From Mobula birostris (taxonomy: Eukaryota), in assembly GCF_030028105.1 (NCBI RefSeq), contig NC_092372.1:137646058-137710057 (forward strand): 64,000 nt of DNA. Direction: 5' to 3'. Below the pieces are notes generated by a model. The model was not told where the DNA came from, searched no databases, and saw nothing but the letters and a program-made list of their open reading frames with translations. A program made the translations under genes and the position numbers. Of this stretch, positions 11,700 to 24,342 are shown in pieces; position 1 is the stretch's first letter, and each line of letters opens with the position of its first letter.

Positions 11700-13636
11700 A
11701 TAGATAGATGGATATTGATCCCAAAGGAAATTACAGTGTCACAGTAGCATTACAAGTGCACAGATATACAAATAGTAGAAGAGAAGTAAGAAAGAATAAA
11801 AAAATAAGTTACTTCAAAAACTTAACAGGAGGGGTCATCACTTCCCAGGCTGTAGGTTGTCTCATTATAGAGCCTGATGGCCGCGGGTAAGGATGGCCTC
11901 AAATAGGTCTTTGGAGCAGTTCGGTTGTCTTAGTCTATCACTAAAAGTGCTCCTCTGCTCAGCCAAAGTGGCATACAGAGGACAAGAAACATTGTCTAGA
12001 ATTGACAAGATTTTCCATAGGGTTCTTTGTTCTACCACAGCCTCCAGTGTGTCCAGTTTGACTCTTATAACAGAGACAGCCTTTCTAATCAGTTTATTGA
12101 GCATGTTAGCATTGCCCAGGTTGATGTCATGCCTTCAGCACGCCACTGGATTAAAGATTGTTCTGGATGAAGGAGAGGTCTACATACTCCAAAGGACCTC
12201 AGTCTCCTCAGGAACTTCTTGTACACAGCCTCTTTGTTGGTGCTCCACTCAAGTCTGTCATCCAGGTGCACTCCCAGGTACTTGTAGGTCCTCACCACAT
12301 CCATCTCCTCACCATCAATAGGAACAGGGAGCAGTGCAGGATTATTCTTCCTAAAGTCCATCACCATCTCCTTTGTCTTACTGATGTTGAGCTGCAGATG
12401 ATTCAGCTTGCACTATTTGACAAAGTCCTCCACCAGGGCCCTGTATTCATCTTCCTATCCTCCCTTTAAAACCCAACTGTTCCTGAGTCATCAGAAAATT
12501 TCTGCAGATGACATGACTCAGTGTCGTTTCTGAAGTCCGAGGTATACAGGGTAAATAGCAAGGGAGCCAATACGGTCCCCTATGTGGCCTCACTCACTTA
12601 TAACTATGTCTGACACACACTGGTTTGCCAGTCAGGTGGTCCATTATCCAGGATACAATAGAAGTGCCAACCTGCATCGATTAGAGGTTTTCCCCAGCGA
12701 TGTGGGCTGTATGGTATCGAAGGCACTTGAGAAATCAAGAAACACGATCCTCGCAGGGCTGCCCTGCTTATCCAAATGGAAGTAGGCTCTGTTCAGCAGG
12801 TAGATGACAGCATGGTCAACAACATTGTGCTCCTGGTCGGCAAACTGCAGGGGATTGAGGGCTGATCTGACCAGGGGTCAGACGTCAGCCAGAACCAGCT
12901 TCACTAGGGTCTTCATGATGTGTGATGTCAGGGCCACTGGACGTTAGTCATTCAAGACTTTTGGTTGGCCCTTCTTGGGTACTCAGACCACACAGTCAGG
13001 GCCCTTTCCAGGCTGAGACTCAGATAGAAAATGTGCTGGAGAACTTCACACAGCTGCTCAGCACACTCCTTCAGGACCTTGGGTTTCATACCACCTGGTC
13101 CCAATACTTTGACGTGTCTGAATTTCCCCAGAGCTCTTCTCACCTGATGGCTGGGAGGTGGGAGTTGGGAGAGATGAAGATTGGGACGATAGCAGTTGGT
13201 ATGTGGAGGTGAGGATGGTAGGAACAGGGCAAGGAGGGATGTAGACAGAGGTAGCCTACGTTGCTTATCCATGTGTTGAACTGGAGGGGGGAAGGCAGGG
13301 GAAGGAGGGGAGGTGGTGCTGAGGGAGTATTGGGTGCCTTGGCACCTGGACTGGTGTGCTGAGGGGGTGCAAACAGGAAGGCAATTGTCAAACCTACTAA
13401 AGAATTGGTCTAACTCATCAGCCCATTTACAGCTGTATTCCAATGCTCTACAGCTAGGCTGATTGAAGCCACTGATGTTCTTCATGCCTTTCCACACCAC
13501 CCATGTGCTACTCTGCCCAAGTTTGTTCTCCAGCTCTCTCATGTATTCCTTTTTAACCACCGTGATCTTCTCCTTTAGCTCCCTCTGCACGTGTTTCAAT
13601 TCCTCCCTGCCTCCTGATCTAAAGGCTCTTTTTTAA
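11700..13636 (-). mobile_element. Rex1/Babar-like LINE, 5' truncated and degenerate
   Basis: RT remnants (SCHLQKFSDDS, YKYLGVHLDDRLEWS, LRRLRSFGVC); (TCTA)n tail; 8-bp TSD. Confidence 0.85.
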
Positions 13637-13913
13637 GGGTTAAGGATGAAAGTTGGGAAGTTTAAATGAAGTGAGGGGAAACTTCTTCACTCAGAGGGTC
13701 ATGAGAAAGTGGAATGAGCTGCCAGCACAAGTGGGGCATGAGAGCACAATTACAAAGTTTAAAAGAGGTTTAGATAGATACATAGATGGTGGGGGTATGA
13801 GGGCTATATTCCTGCTTTATGCAAATTGTTTGTTAGTTTCCACCAATTTCAATAAATTTTATGGCAGCCATTATGAAAAATCCCTGAAAAAGTTCTAGTC
13901 TGTGTGTTTTATA

Positions 13914-14122
13914 AACACAAGAGATTCTTCAGACGCTGGAAATCTTGAGCAACACACACAAAATTCTGGAAGAACTCAGGAAGTCAGGTAGCATTTTATG
14001 GACAGGAATAAACAGTTGCCGTTTCAGGCAGAGACCTTTCATCAAGACTAGTGAAATGTTGTCTGTTTATTTCCCTCCAGAGGTGCTGCTTGACTTGCTG
14101 AGTTCCTCCAACATTTTGTGTG
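13914..14122. mobile_element. Palindromic PLE terminal-repeat derivative with a degenerate hammerhead
   Basis: Arm CACACAAAATTCTGGAAGAACTCAGGAAGTCAGG and its inverse TTGACTTGCTGAGTTCCTCCAACATTTTGTGTG. Confidence 0.8.
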
Positions 14123-14924
14123 AGCCTGTGCATTTGGCAGTTAGACAATTTTGATGATTTATCACTGAAATGTATTCAATTTGTGACGGTTATAAAATCC
14201 TTATCACTTCTTTCAACTTTGCCGCCTAGTTGTGCAGTCTAAAGGCAGGTGTCATGCAGAAGGTCAGCACTTTCTCATGAGGCGAGAAGAAAGCATAAAA
14301 GAACGAATGAAGGGAAACCATCTTCAGAAGCCTCCTTTATTCATAGGCCAAGAGTAGCCCGGAAGAAGCTTTGGAACCAGGAATGACTGGAGGTGAAAAA
14401 CCGCTCAAGCCAGAAAAGAGAACACTGTAGTCAAGATGGAGTATAGAGAAAAATTTCCTTTCTGCTTTTAATTTTATACTTGCTCTGTATTGGCTTAGTT
14501 TCCACTTTTCCCTTCAAATTGTATCCAGACCATCTGCATAGTATGTGCACCTTTATTTAAGAACTTTATTTATTCATTTATTGCTCAAGGCACCCAAGGC
14601 AAAGCTAACATTTTTGTTTGTTTAAGCTCCTGAGCTGTGGAGGCATACTGTAAATAGGCCATCATGGATAAGCATGGCAGATTTCATTCCATGAAGCATT
14701 TTAGATAGTTTTTTTTTGCAGATAGTCCAGAAGTTTATCATGATTGTTACCATCATTATATTTCTCTGAAAAGTATATTTTTTCATATATTTAATTACTT
14801 CATTTTAAATTCCACTCTGGGATTTGAACTCATGTCTCTCAATCATTGGTTCAGAAGTGACACTCCAGCTACAGTGTCAGCACATGCCATCCAATAGTTT
14901 GATAAAATAATTGATCATTTAATA

Positions 14925-15153
14925 ACTGCTGCTGCCTGTAAGGAGATTTTGCATGCTCTCCCTGTGACTACGTGGGTTTTCTCTAGGTGTTCCGGTTTCC
15001 ACCCACAGTCCAAAGACGTACTGGTTGGTAAGTTAATTAATCATTGTAAATTGTCCGATGACTAAGCTAGGAGTAAATCGGAGGATTGCTAGGCGGTGCA
15101 GCTCAATATGGCGGAAGGACCTATCTTGCACTGTATCTCAATAAATAAATAAA
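14925..15153 (+). mobile_element. V-type (HE1-like) SINE, head truncated
   Basis: V-domain-like TGCTCTCCCTGTGACTACGTGGGTTTT..CCGGTTTCC..AGTCCAAAGACGT; (AATA)n tail. Confidence 0.75.
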
Positions 15154-15789
15154 CTTCTAGATCAGCTCAATGGGCAAAAGGTAGACTTGGTGCTGCAAGA
15201 ACGCAATACATCTACAGTAGTTTAGAAAAATAATCAATAGCTGCTCCAGATGACAGCTTCTTCAATACAAAGTGATCCCAGTAATTGGCCTCACTATTCC
15301 TGTGGCTGTCTGAACACATGTTTCCTCCTCTGTGACAGTAGTAATGTCTGTCACAGAGACTAATGATCTCAACAGATGTCCAGCCCTGTAGCATGTCAGA
15401 TAATACCAAGCAGGCAGTTTAGTTTAAATCAGGAATGTCTGGCTTGAGGTCTACAAATAGCTGATAACTACATTTTGTTAGCTTGTCTAATCCTGCAGGA
15501 TTAAATATGGATATAATATGCAAGTGGATCACAATTATTTAGGAATGTCCTAATAAATTATCTTAATTTATGAGGGAAACACATTGCAGTAATTTTATAT
15601 ATCATTAGTATTTCTTTCATTATATAGGTTTGCTTTCTTCTTTAATTATTCGGCCAGGCACGAAAGACAAATTAAAAGATTTGTTTTATCATTTCATATG
15701 CCACCCTTCCCCTCATATTTTGTGTATTATTTTGCTTATAATAGAATCTGACTCTGGAAGGCAAACGTGAAATGTACTTTTTAGAGAGT

Positions 15790-16222
15790 ATAACGTGCCT
15801 TATGAGAACAGGTTGAGTGAACTTGGCCTTTTCTTCTTGGAGCGATGGAGGATGAGAGGTGACCTGATTGAGGTGTATAAGATGATGAGAGGCGTTCATC
15901 GTGTGGATAGCCAGAGGCTTTTCCCCAGGGCTGAAATGGCAAACACGAGGGGGCATAGTTTTAAGTTGCTTGGAAGAAGGTACAAGGGGGACGTCAGGGG
16001 TAAGACCTTCACACAGAGTGTGGCGGGGGGGAAGCGTGGATTGTACTGCCAGCGATGGTGGTGGAGGCAGATACAATAGGATCTTTTAAGAGACTCTTAG
16101 ATAGGTACATGGAGCTTAGAAAATAGTGGGCTATGCAATAGAGTAATCCTAGGCAGTTTCTAGAGTAGGTTACATGCTCAGCACAACATTGTGGGCCGAA
16201 GGACCTGTAATGTGCTGTAGAT
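15790..16222 (+). mobile_element. CR1 3' fragment
   Basis: YENRLSELGLFFLERWRMRGDLIEVYK; TTCTATG tail. Confidence 0.85.
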
Positions 16223-17095
16223 TTCTATGTTTTGTGCTCTATAGCTATTTGCAAATAAGTACTCCACAAAGATACCTGTACCTGTTATCCCATTGATATA
16301 GATGAATTATATTCTGTAGCTAAAAGCCATTCAACCTATTGAGCAACGTCAACTTTTCCAAAAATGTTTGGAATCACGCTTCGACTCTTAGTTTGCCAGC
16401 TCTGTAAATGACCATAAGACACAAGATCAGAATTAAGCCGTTCAGCCCATCAAGTCTGCTCCACCATTCCATCATGGTTGATGATTATCCCTCTCAATCC
16501 CGCTCTCCTGCCTTCTCCCCATAACTGTTGATGCCCTTAGTAATCAAGAACCCAACAACCTCCGCTTTAAGTATACTCAATGACTTGGCCTCCACGGCCA
16601 CCTATGGCAATGAATTCCACAGATTCACTATTTTCTGGCTAAATACATTTCTCTTCATCTCCATTCTAAATGTATTTCCTGCTATTCTGAGGCTGTACCC
16701 CCTGGTCCTAGACTCACCTACTATAGGAAACATCCTCTCCACATCCACTCTGTCTAGGCCTTTTATTATTCAATAGGTTTTGGTGAGATCCCTCCTCATT
16801 CTTCTAAACTCCAGCAAGTACAGACCCTGAGTTATTAAACACTCCTCATATGTTAATCCGTTCATTTCTGGGATCATTCTCATGAACCTCCTCTGGACCC
16901 TCTCCAATGCCAAAATTTTTTTCCTGAGATAAAGGGCCCAAAACGGCTCACAATACTCAGAATGTGGTCTGACGAATGCTCTACAATGTCTCAGCATTAT
17001 GTCCCTGCTCTTACCTTCTTGTCCTCTCAAAACGAATGCTAACTTTGCATTTGCCTTCTTTACCAATGACTCAACCTGCAAGTTAACCTTTAGGG

Positions 17096-17165
17096 CAGGG
17101 GCTCCCAACCTTTATTATGTCATAGAGCCTTACCATTAACTGAGGTATCCGTGGACAACAGGCTG
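17096..17165. mobile_element. hAT/Charlie-type MITE
   Basis: CAGGGGCTCCCAACCT start; 8-bp TSD CTTTAGGG at 17088-17095 and 17166-17173. Confidence 0.8.
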
Positions 17166-19129
17166 CTTTAGGGAATCCTTTGTATCTATGATTTCTGAGG
17201 TTTCTCCCCATTTAGAAAATAATTTACACCTCTATTCCTTCTACCAAAGTGCATGATCATATACTTCCCTGTACCATATTCCATCTGCCACTTTTTTGCC
17301 CAATCTCCCGACCTGTCCTTCCATAGACTCCCTGCCTCCTCCTCACAGCCTGCCCCTCTCCAGATAGTCCACAAATTTGGCCACAAAGCCATGAATTCCA
17401 TCATTGAAATATAACGTGAAAGGAAGTGGTTCCCACACTGACTATTGCAGAATACCACTTGTCACTGGCAGCCAACTGGAAAAGGCCCCCTTTATTCCCA
17501 TTTTTTGCCTCCTGACAATCAGCCAATCTTCTATCCATGCTACCTTCTCAGTGATACTATGGGCTTTTATCTCTTAAGTAGCCTCATGTATGGCACCTTG
17601 TCAAAGGCCTTCAGAACATCTGAGTAAACACCCACGGACTCTTCTTTGTCTATTCTGCTTAGTATTTCCTTAAAGAATTCCAACAGATTTATCAGGCAAG
17701 ATTTCCCGTTAAGGAAACCATGTGATTTTGGCCCATTTTATCACGTGACTCCAAGTACCCTGAAATATCATTCTTAATAATGGACTCCAATATCTTCCCA
17801 ACCACTGAAGTTAGGCTAACTGACCTATAATTTCCTTTCTTCTGCCTCCCATCCATCTTAACGAGTGGAGTGACATTTGCAATTTTCCAGTCATCCAGTA
17901 CCATTCTATAATAGAATAATTCTTCAAAGATCATTACTACCAACATTCTCGTAATTCTGGCCTTCTGCTAGTGTCTTTCATAATGATGAGTGACACAAGA
18001 TACTTAATAATTTCATCCACCATTTTGTTGTCCCCCTTTATTACCTCTCCAGCGTCATTTTCCAGCAATCTGATGTCCACTGTCGTTTCTTTTTTACTTT
18101 TTATATATCTGAAAAATTATTGATATTTTCTTTTATGTTATTCGCTAGCTTACCTTCATGTTTCATCTTTTCTCTTCTTATGGCTTTTTAGTTGCCTTCT
18201 GTTGGTTTTTAAAAACTTCCAAAACCTTCAACTTCCCATTAACTTTTGCTATTTTATATGCCCCATCTTTTGCTTTTATACTATCTTTGACTTTCCTTAT
18301 CAGCCACAGTTGCTTCTCCTCCCTTTAGAATGCTTCATCGTCTTTGGTATGTATCTGTCCTGCACCATCTGAATTTCCCCAGCAACTCCAGCCATTGCTG
18401 ACTGCCATCCTCCTGCAAGTGTCATCACATTTGGCCAGCTCTTCTCTCATGCCTCTGTAATTCCCTTTACTCCACTGTAATACTGATACATAGGACTTTA
18501 TCTTCTTCCTTTCAAGCTGCAGGGTGAATTCTATCACATTATGATTACTGCCTCCTAAGTGTTCCTTTACCATAAGCTCCCTAATCAAATCCAGTTTATT
18601 ACATAACATGCAATCCAGAATTGCTTTTCCCCTCATTGGCTCAGCTACAAGCTGCTCTACAATGCCATCTCATAGGCATTCTACAAACTCTCTGTCTTGG
18701 GATTCAGCACCAACTTGATTTTCCCAAACCACCTGCAAGTTGAAATCCACCATGACTATTGTAACATTACCCTTTTAAAATATATTTCCTATCTCTCATT
18801 GTAATTTGAATTCCACGTCCTGGCTACTGTTTGGAGGCCTGTATACAACTCCCGTCAGGGTCTTAGTACCCTTGTAGTTTCTTTAACTCTACCCATAAGG
18901 ATTCTACATCTTCCAATCCTATGTCACCTCTTTCTAAGGATTTGATTTAATTTTTTTTTATCAACAGAGCAACCCCACCCTATCTACCTACCTGTCAGTC
19001 CTTTTTGAATAATTTGGACCTGTAATGAGACATCCCTGGGAGGCAAAATACCATCTGGGTGTCTTTTTCATGTCCACAGAATTCCCTGTCTGCTCCTCTA
19101 ACCATGGAATCCCCTATCACTGGTGCACT

Positions 19130-20003
19130 CAAGGTCAAGGTTCAAGGTTCAAGTCAAGTTTATTGTCATTTCGACCATAAGCTGCGGGTACAGTACACAG
19201 TAAAAATGAAACAACATTCCTCCGGGACCCTGGTGCTACATGATACAACACAAAACTACACTAGACTATGTGAGACAGCACAAGGATACACTAGACTACG
19301 TAAAACAACAGAAAAACTGCACTAGACTACAGACCTGCATAGGACTACATGAAATGCACAAAACAGTGCAGGGCAGTACAGTAATTAATAAACAAGACGA
19401 TTAGCACAGTAGAGGACAAATTACAATATAATAAATGATGTAGATGTCAGTCTAGACTCTGAGTATTGAGGAGTCTGATGGCTTGGGGGAAGAAACTGTT
19501 GCACAGTCTGGTCATGAGAGCCTGAATGCTTCGGTACCTTTTGCCAGATGGCAGGAGGGAGAAGAGTTTGTATGAGGGGTGTGTGGGGTCCTTCACAATA
19601 CTGTTAGCTTTGCAGGTGCAGTGTGTGGTATAAATGTCTGTAATAGCGGGAAGAGAGACCCCGATGATCTTCTCAGCTGACCTCACTATCCGCTGCAGGG
19701 TCTTGCGATTGGAGATGGTGCAATTCCTGAACCAGGCAGTGATGCAGCTACTCAGGATGCTCTCGATACATCCTCTGTAGAATGTGGTGAGGACGGTGGG
19801 TGGGAGATGGACTTTTCTCAGCCTTCACAGAAAGTAGAGACGCTGCTGGGCTTTCTTGGCTGTGGAGCTGGTGTTAGGGGACCAGGCGAGATTCTCCATC
19901 AGGTGAACACCAAGGAATTTGGTGCTCTTAATGATCTCAACGGAGGAGCTGTCAATGTTCAGCGGAGAGTGGTCACTCCGTGCTCTCCTGAAGTCAACAA
20001 CCA
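19130..20003 (-). mobile_element. Rex1/Babar-like LINE 3' part nested in CR1
   Basis: RSAEKIIGVSLPAI...LFSLLPSGKRYRSI...NSFFPQAIRLLN; (TTGAACC)n tail. Confidence 0.85.
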
Positions 20004-21339
20004 TCCTCTTCTCCCCCTTCTTTTCTGAGCCACAGAAGCAGACTCAGTGCCAGAGACCCAGCTGCTGTGGCTTCCCTCTGGTAGGTCGTCACCTCGAACA
20101 GCATCCAAAGCAGTAAACTTATTACTGAGCGGAATAGCCACAGGGAAACCCATTCCCTTGCACCGGCTGCCCATTCCCTTTTCCTCTCCTAACAGTCGGC
20201 TAGGTACTGGCCTCATGCAACTTAGGGCTAAATACGTCCCTGTAGCTCCTGTCCATCTCCTCCTCATTTTCCCATATGACCCGAAGGTTATTGAGCTGCA
20301 GCTCGACGCATTTCATGCAGGTGTAGTTATCAGGGAGACTGGTGGTCTCCCAGATTTCCCACATCTCACACAAAGAACATACCACTACCTCTGGATCTGT
20401 TCTCAGTGCACTAGAAAAGAAAACTTACTAGAAATTTAATTAGAACCTCTGCTTGTGCTTGCCCAAGCGTGTTGAACCAAAGCCACCTATTGCTTTCTAT
20501 TTAAGAATACATTTATTTTGAAATTTATGTTTGAATATTCTTCTACTAGGTTTTCAAGCAATAAATTCTAGGTTTAAAAACTTGCGTTAAAGGTATTTTC
20601 ATCATCTTCCATCTTTTTTTCGTCAGTTATGTTAAACAGTTTCCAACATTGCAGCTTGTGGAAAAATATCTTGTTCAGTTTCTCAAAACCTTCCAATAAT
20701 TTTCAAAAGTGTTCTTAAATCATTGTCTGCTGATGGGAAAACAACCTGGACATTACTGAAGTTTCTTGTTCTTGAGAGTACTTTAGCAAATCTAAACTGG
20801 ATGCTGTCCAAAATCTAGAGTTCCTTCTTAATGCTCAGGTTTGGAAACAACATTTTACTTAAGGATTAAACAGTGGTTTGCTTATGCATTTGTTTTGAAC
20901 TTAGTGGTAATTTTCTCTGTTTTCATCTTTTATGTGTAATTCTGTAATCAAATTGATTTATGTGAGGCTTGGAGTGTCGTGCACTTTTGGTACCCTGATT
21001 TGAAACAAAAAGCATCTCCAGGTTGGTTTTTAACATTCTTAGGTGACTCCTATGTCCCATCAATGTGCTGAGTTCTAACCTCAGGAGAATTCTATATAAG
21101 CTAATGATATTTTCTGTCATAGTTATCTGTGATCTCTGTGACTGACATGGAAGATAAATAGCACTTCTCTGTAACTGCATGTTATCCATTTCATGCCAAA
21201 TAAAAATTGGAATGAGAGCACGTCAACTGGCTTGGTATGGGCTGTTTTGCACAAAATACCTTTGGTCTGATTAGCCAGATCAATGCTTGAACACAAATCT
21301 TAGGGAGCTAAAAGGACCCTAAGATGAAAGATCTTAGGG

Positions 21340-21560
21340 AGATGAAAGTTCCAGCCAACCACAAAACCCTTTTGGTTAGATCTTGCTCAAGCCCTTCTCC
21401 TTACCTTTTTCTATTCTGGCTATCTCCTCTCAATTGTTTCAGTCCAGATGAAATATCAACAGCCCATCTCCGTCTACAAATGCTGACTGACCCACTGAGT
21501 CCCTGGAGTAGTTTGCATTTTGCTCCAGATTCTGGATCTGCAGTCTCTAGCATCTCCATC
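21340..21560 (+). mobile_element. PLE terminal-repeat fragment (opposite orientation to most copies)
   Basis: CAGTCCAGATGA...ATGCTGACTGACCCACTGAGTCCCTGGAG...TCTGCAGTCTCT. Confidence 0.55.
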
Positions 21561-21839
21561 AAACCTGTTTACTACTTTAATCAGAAATTACATGCAAAGT
21601 TTTATTCTCAATGTGGAACTATCTTGCCAATAATGTGCTGAATTGGGTTAATAGAGAAAAGCAAGAAGAGAAATAGTTCTTTGTCTTTTTTTGGAATCGT
21701 TAATAAATGAGTTGCAATATGATTTATGTGAAAATGCATTGATACAAAAACATAAAAAACATTGATCTCTTGACACCAGCATAATGTATAACCAAAATTG
21801 GCATCCTTTTAAATGATAACCTGCTCTAATTTATTTTAG

Positions 21840-22064
21840 GTGAAAGTGTGGTTCCAGAATCGGAGGATGAAATGGAAACGTGTTAAAGGAGGCCAACAAG
21901 GAGCTGTTGCAAGGGAAAAAGAACTGGTTAATGTGAAGAAAGGGACATTACTGCCCTCTGAGCTCTCTGGGATTGCCACATCAGGTGGTCATCATGCTGG
22001 AGACATTCTATCAAATGACGAAAGCCAGGACAGTGATCACAGCACTGAGCTTGGCCATTTGTGA
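21840..22064 (+). CDS. MEOX2: MEOX2 (mesenchyme homeobox 2 / GAX) final coding exon
   Basis: Translation [45 protein letters not shown]...[11 protein letters not shown] matches homeodomain helix 3 plus the MEOX2-specific C-terminus. Acceptor ttattttAG at 21831-21839, phase 0; TGA at 22062-22064. Upstream exons were not found in the window. Confidence 0.97.
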   Translation: MKVWFQNRRMKWKRVKGGQQGAVAREKELVNVKKGTLLPSELSGIATSGGHHAGDILSNDESQDSDHSTELGHL

Positions 22065-23650
22065 TGCAAGGAGAACGAGAGCAAATCTCAGCAGATACTC
22101 AGGAAAGTAATGGCACAAGGAGGAAGCAAATCATATTGTCTTACAGCTTCCATGTGTGAATTCCCCTTGTGGACATGGTGCAAACATCAGAGCCTCTGAG
22201 CATTCCATATTTGCATTTAACAGTTGCACGATTTTTTGAATCTATGCTTCGATTTCCACTGTAAATAAAAAAAAATGGAAGTGATGTTTAAAAAGCAAAA
22301 TGAAAGTTACAGAGAAACCCAAGGAAGAACAATGGGAAAGCTTTCTCCAGTGTAATGAGTAAAGCAAAGTAATCAACAAGTTTATAAAGAATGAGTATAC
22401 AATCTTGGCATAGAAGAAATCTACATCCATAATGGGAAATGTAGCATTTCAATGTAATTGAAAATTTTAAATAGAGCTCTGAAAGAGACAGCTACAAAAT
22501 GCAAATGCCTTCACCAGTTCTTTATTATAGGTGCAATACTTACTCAATTACAATAGAAAAGTATCTATTAGAGCAGTAGCCACATACACACTATTGATAC
22601 ATATATATGGATTGTCCTGATACTGTACATACTGAAAAGTTGATGAAGTTAAAACAAGCATCTGCTCAACTAAACCTTGAAACACATCTACCTTAGTGAT
22701 ACAGCAATGATACCAAAATCAAGTAATAATATTTTAGCTTGTAGCCCTCTCAGTCATTTCAGTTACATCAGTGATATCAGTCAACATTCTGCCTAGTGTT
22801 GGAAACTGAAATTTTATGTTTAAATCTGAACAAATTCTCTCAGAAAAATACACGGCATGTACTTAGGTTATACAAACATGAAAAATTTGCTTTGCTTGTC
22901 ATTTATCTTAAAAATTCAATAGCATTTCAAAAACATTATCAATTTTTGTTAAATAGCTTCTACAGTCGCTATTTCTAACAGTTAAGAAAATATTATGAAG
23001 GAATATCTATTCTATGCAATGCCCTAGGAGACTTTCCAATACAAAATTGATAATACTCATATTAGTGTTAGTTCAATGATGAACACTTGATTAACCATTT
23101 TACCTGTGGTTAGCAAGATAGCCTCTTGGCATTTTCCAGCATCTGTGAGGTTTATATAGTATTTCCAAAATATGTAATGTTGACAATCAGAACCATTTAT
23201 TGCACTCATGTTTAATGCATGCCAGATTTAGAGGTGTAAAAATAGCACTGTAGAATTTTTTTTGGCTCCAAAATAATTATTTGGCATTGTTGATGGGAGT
23301 AACTTATGACACTACAAAGGCTGTACTTATTACATGTTACACATTTTATTGAAATGTAATAATTTGTTGAAACCTGTGCGCATCTGCCCAATCAAATTTC
23401 AATCACTGTCTCATTTATGGTATGTATAGAATGAAGAGCAATCAAGGGTGAAATACAAATTTAGACCTCAATTGAAAAATTGAGGATGTAATTCCTGATT
23501 TATCAGGAAATGGAAAGATTTAAACTTGGCATTAGAATAAAGTGAATGACAAATAGAGAGTGGGTCTTGTATGCAATGTTCAATGACAGGATGAACTAAG
23601 TGTCCAAATATTCCTCCTTTGTTCCTGCTTTATTATGTATAATCAATAAA
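22065..23650 (+). other. MEOX2: Probable MEOX2 3' UTR
   Basis: AT-rich, repeat-free sequence after the stop codon; AATAAA at 22264, 23536 and 23645. The true end is uncertain. Confidence 0.6.
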
Positions 23651-24342
23651 ATTAACAGCAGAATGATTTATAAATGCTATCTGATTTCAGAGATTAGATC
23701 ATTTCCTGTGTTTTGTTTTACTTTGCGTTATGGAATTTTGATAAATTTACAGTCAGTATTTTGAGTATGTTCCCAATGTAAACATGCATTTAGGTTTGAC
23801 AGTGTATAACTGTAATGACTTCAAGATAATTTCATACCTTTGTATCCAATATACCACCATGCTTTATAAAATTGAACTATGTATCATTAGTTGCAAATGA
23901 TATCTAAAGTTTACAGTTTGATTAATTACATTGCAAAGTTTTGAATATTTCTGGTAAATGATTGTCCTAACTCTGAAAAAGTCTTATTCATGGGGAATAC
24001 AGCCTGACAATAAAGCTCAGCAAATGTATTTGCCTCAAAATTAAGAATATTGGTAACAATAAAAAAATAATCCCAGGCAGCCTTTGCAGCCTGTAAATGA
24101 ATAGTATTATCAGAAAACATACTGGACCCGAAATCTGCAATCAGAGTGGTAGATGCTGCTGTATCATTGTATTCTCCCACTGGACTCCATGTCAAGTCTA
24201 GTGGCAGTCCAGCTAAGGTTTCCTAGAATTATGTTGGGGAAACATTCCTCTTTTGCGTTACTTTGGGCTTGGAGATATTTTGGAATCCCATTAGTTTGAA
24301 TAGGGATGCTCAGTGTGCAGAACAGGAAAATTAAGTAATTGT

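Larger units (their letters stand above)
16411..20480 (-). mobile_element. Long degenerate CR1 LINE (ORF1 remnant plus ORF2) with internal deletions and nested inserts
   Basis: ORF1 zinc finger MVCSLCEMWEI..CMKCVELQL (20200-20385); ORF2 fragments at 18325-18636, 17692-17946 and 16770-17108. Confidence 0.88.

Noticed and set aside
19240-19350. Spaced ACTACACTAGACTA repeats resembling a CRISPR array
   Set aside because: Eukaryotic LINE 3' UTR minisatellite with irregular units; no cas genes.
1-21839. MEOX2 exon 2 (KPRKERTAFTKEQ...)
   Set aside because: No matching sequence found by eye; it presumably lies upstream of the window.
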